From: Proteus phage phiP4-3
DNA length: 32,000 bases
Sequence record: MG696114.1
Strand: one strand, 5' to 3'
The notes below the pieces were generated by a model. That model saw nothing but the letters and a program-made list of their open reading frames with translations. It was not told the DNA's origin and ran no database searches. Each line of letters starts with the position of its first letter. Positions within the stretch are counted from its first letter, which is position 1. This document shows, piece by piece, positions 31,101 to 32,000 of this stretch. The translations under genes were made by a program, and so were the position numbers.

Positions 31101-31245
31101 CTAACGGAACCTGAGTTCCGTTATTTCTTGTTTCTGCTAGTTCGACAAAATAATAAAAATTACTTCCTACTGGGTCCCATTTGACATGTACTTGGTTCGC
31201 AGATAATTTTATTATTCTTAGACTAGTAACTTTAGGTGCTTTCAT
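28138..31245 (-). CDS. 7: Baseplate wedge initiator gp7, 1035 aa
   Basis: MKAPKVTSLRIIKLSANQVHVKWDPVGSNFYYFVELAET..., SYYVMKIKSKLPTSRYSSDVLRFVHPVGFGFIGITLLTMFIN, NIGNPRDPENPTQ-like C-terminus; T4 gp7-like. Confidence 0.95.
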   Translation of the reverse strand: MKAPKVTSLRIIKLSANQVHVKWDPVGSNFYYFVELAETRNNGTQVPLDKLQWQSLNYSSDNDRFISIGITPNTHYMIRVSVRAKGFEQSDWAYTEEFLTFKTNAYSFDHMKEFTLSEKFISEKFINNNSNYVNFNTDQLLASLMSEDFQFTAKYSDVSQVSNKILKEANFHEIQGTPEGITRVCSDINRVMPAEMDGVLYLFERFQNVVKVSNDKGQTWKYYKALDDRVGNPVSKTCIYQSDTTSYVLGYDRVFYGRRSSDVRWSDDQHRFSETDLTFAKIGDTLNLGFDVEVFGTLSFLPGNVTRFAEAIAASNDFLYVAAKNNLRFLDLQNAEVDMDEGSISYGKKLFDETTIKITDNENIVVKKMDILNGELYVLVTGEVKKYFDDPTDPKNVIDSKDKGVYKLVDGSFIKVFGNNKEELRKIEHEYTNMSTDGKEIFISYANFKYTEYTQDDKLENGIKYIKTESGLSDKHYHMGSIRSSDGETWKPYYMSYYAEPWFTWMNRTKTRVWINNDNRPVVIYPSKTYTKIIDTVGPTGEDRVVKEVWDKGHGTFYCKNVFFEGFKQYSGGVLIHKSSGEIVGYYEYNYRVRDNAQIIWIPKLICLEATLQNQVHPEIWEPKHNEGEKDPDLRPLLNTMIPDSYLLQNSNFEKFCEYYLQFLSDGKNTHYNKLLNLIRNKYPRETDSVEYLWSEINKRNIYLDKEKRDQVIRFFESRKSDFYSTKGTEASYKFLFKLLYNEDVEIEIESNSGLEYDIVVYSDNINEDIVGRTIYTPTGRCNVTYIEREYSEGKLQWRMTIHNMIGRFLVGQNVLGERSDFKGQIIQGIKGKEILSNKEDLANRSRSYYVMKIKSKLPTSRYSSDVLRFVHPVGFGFIGITLLTMFINSGLSLKHSETIINKLITYRYDSGYPLVWPDRVAILKNDIIERDPVTGDALYTLHPKAGEDFDIPDDYDKNEGFIGPEKPYTNMAEYLKNVPPSKRRNHYSPLFDQSGLTYSIFRDMTTLLIQRDKYRYKDNINNPRDPENPTQEKV

Positions 31246-32000
31246 TAAGCTATAGGCTCCATAATAATTTCTGTGTATTCGGGTCTTAAATTGTTTTCAA
31301 ATACAATTAATGACCCATCTTTTGTAAAGATATTAGAATCTCCTGGAGTTCCATACAATTCTATACTTGGGACTAAAAATTTATCACTTGTCACATTCAA
31401 TTGTCCAAGATCCCAATAAATGTAATCTTCTTCGTGGATAATTTTACCAACAACAAAATAGCTGTTTCTATTATCGGTAGTTTTTAGTTTCTCGAAATCT
31501 GTTCCAAGATAAGGGTTTATTTTAATATCGCCTTGTCTAAATGGTCCAATAACAATTTTTGCTTCTTTAAGATCACCTTTAGGCTCAGTAGATGCTAATC
31601 TAACACCATACGACAACTCATCATTAACAGTATATTCAAATACATTACTAAGTAATCCACGCGGCATTATTTTATTGTTGTATTTTACTCCAGACATAGG
31701 AGTTTTAAAAAAGTTTTCTAATTCTCTAACCATTGTTATCTCGGCAGATGACCCTAATATAGAAATATCAGCGTCATCAACATACGTTAGCATTTTAGAT
31801 TTATGGAAACTTTTATTAAATATTTCTACTTCATCTTTGTAGTATTTATCGATCTGGTCAATAATTTTACCTTTTAACCATTGTTCAGATTCGGAAAGTT
31901 TGTTCATAGAATATGTGACTTTAACTTTATGTCTTAAAAACATATAATTTGGGGACATAATACTAGGTGTTATGGTAGAAATATTGTATTCTTTAAGATA
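31245..32000 (-). CDS. 6: Baseplate wedge protein gp6, C-terminal part, 5' truncated by the window edge
   Basis: The frame stays open to the window end (YLKEYNISTITPSIMSPNYMFLRHKV...), so the track ATG at 31958 is internal. Located immediately upstream of gene 7 in the conserved 6-7-8 order. Confidence 0.82.
   Translation of the reverse strand, partial: YLKEYNISTITPSIMSPNYMFLRHKVKVTYSMNKLSESEQWLKGKIIDQIDKYYKDEVEIFNKSFHKSKMLTYVDDADISILGSSAEITMVRELENFFKTPMSGVKYNNKIMPRGLLSNVFEYTVNDELSYGVRLASTEPKGDLKEAKIVIGPFRQGDIKINPYLGTDFEKLKTTDNRNSYFVVGKIIHEEDYIYWDLGQLNVTSDKFLVPSIELYGTPGDSNIFTKDGSLIVFENNLRPEYTEIIMEPIA

Overview
This window is a T4-like (straboviridae-type) myovirus segment. From the left edge it contains: the 3' part of tail-tube initiator gene 54 (+); a compact + strand accessory block of small ORFs including a macro-domain protein, a T4 Rnl2-type RNA ligase and a SLOG/DprA-like Rossmann protein; then a long - strand late block. 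Read in transcription order (right to left), the late block is 6(partial)-7-8-9-10-11-12-wac-13-14-15-16-17-18-19-20-67-68-21-22-23-24. Family assignments come from reading the translated proteins against recalled T4 sequences and motifs; no alignment was run. Main points of interest: (1) an accessory module combining a macro domain, a SLOG-like protein and RNA ligase 2 with unassigned ORFs and two pairs of adjacent apparent paralogs; (2) a fibritin (wac) whose foldon-like segment is followed by about 131 extra residues; (3) a gp12-like short tail fibre that keeps the T4-like N-terminus and repeats but has a different, shorter C-terminal domain; (4) tetraloop terminators next to TATAAATA late-promoter matches, one of which implies that the track start of gene 20 is too far upstream. 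I did not find a clear, fully new multi-gene system. The best candidate is the macro/SLOG/RNA-ligase block, and its function is a hypothesis only.
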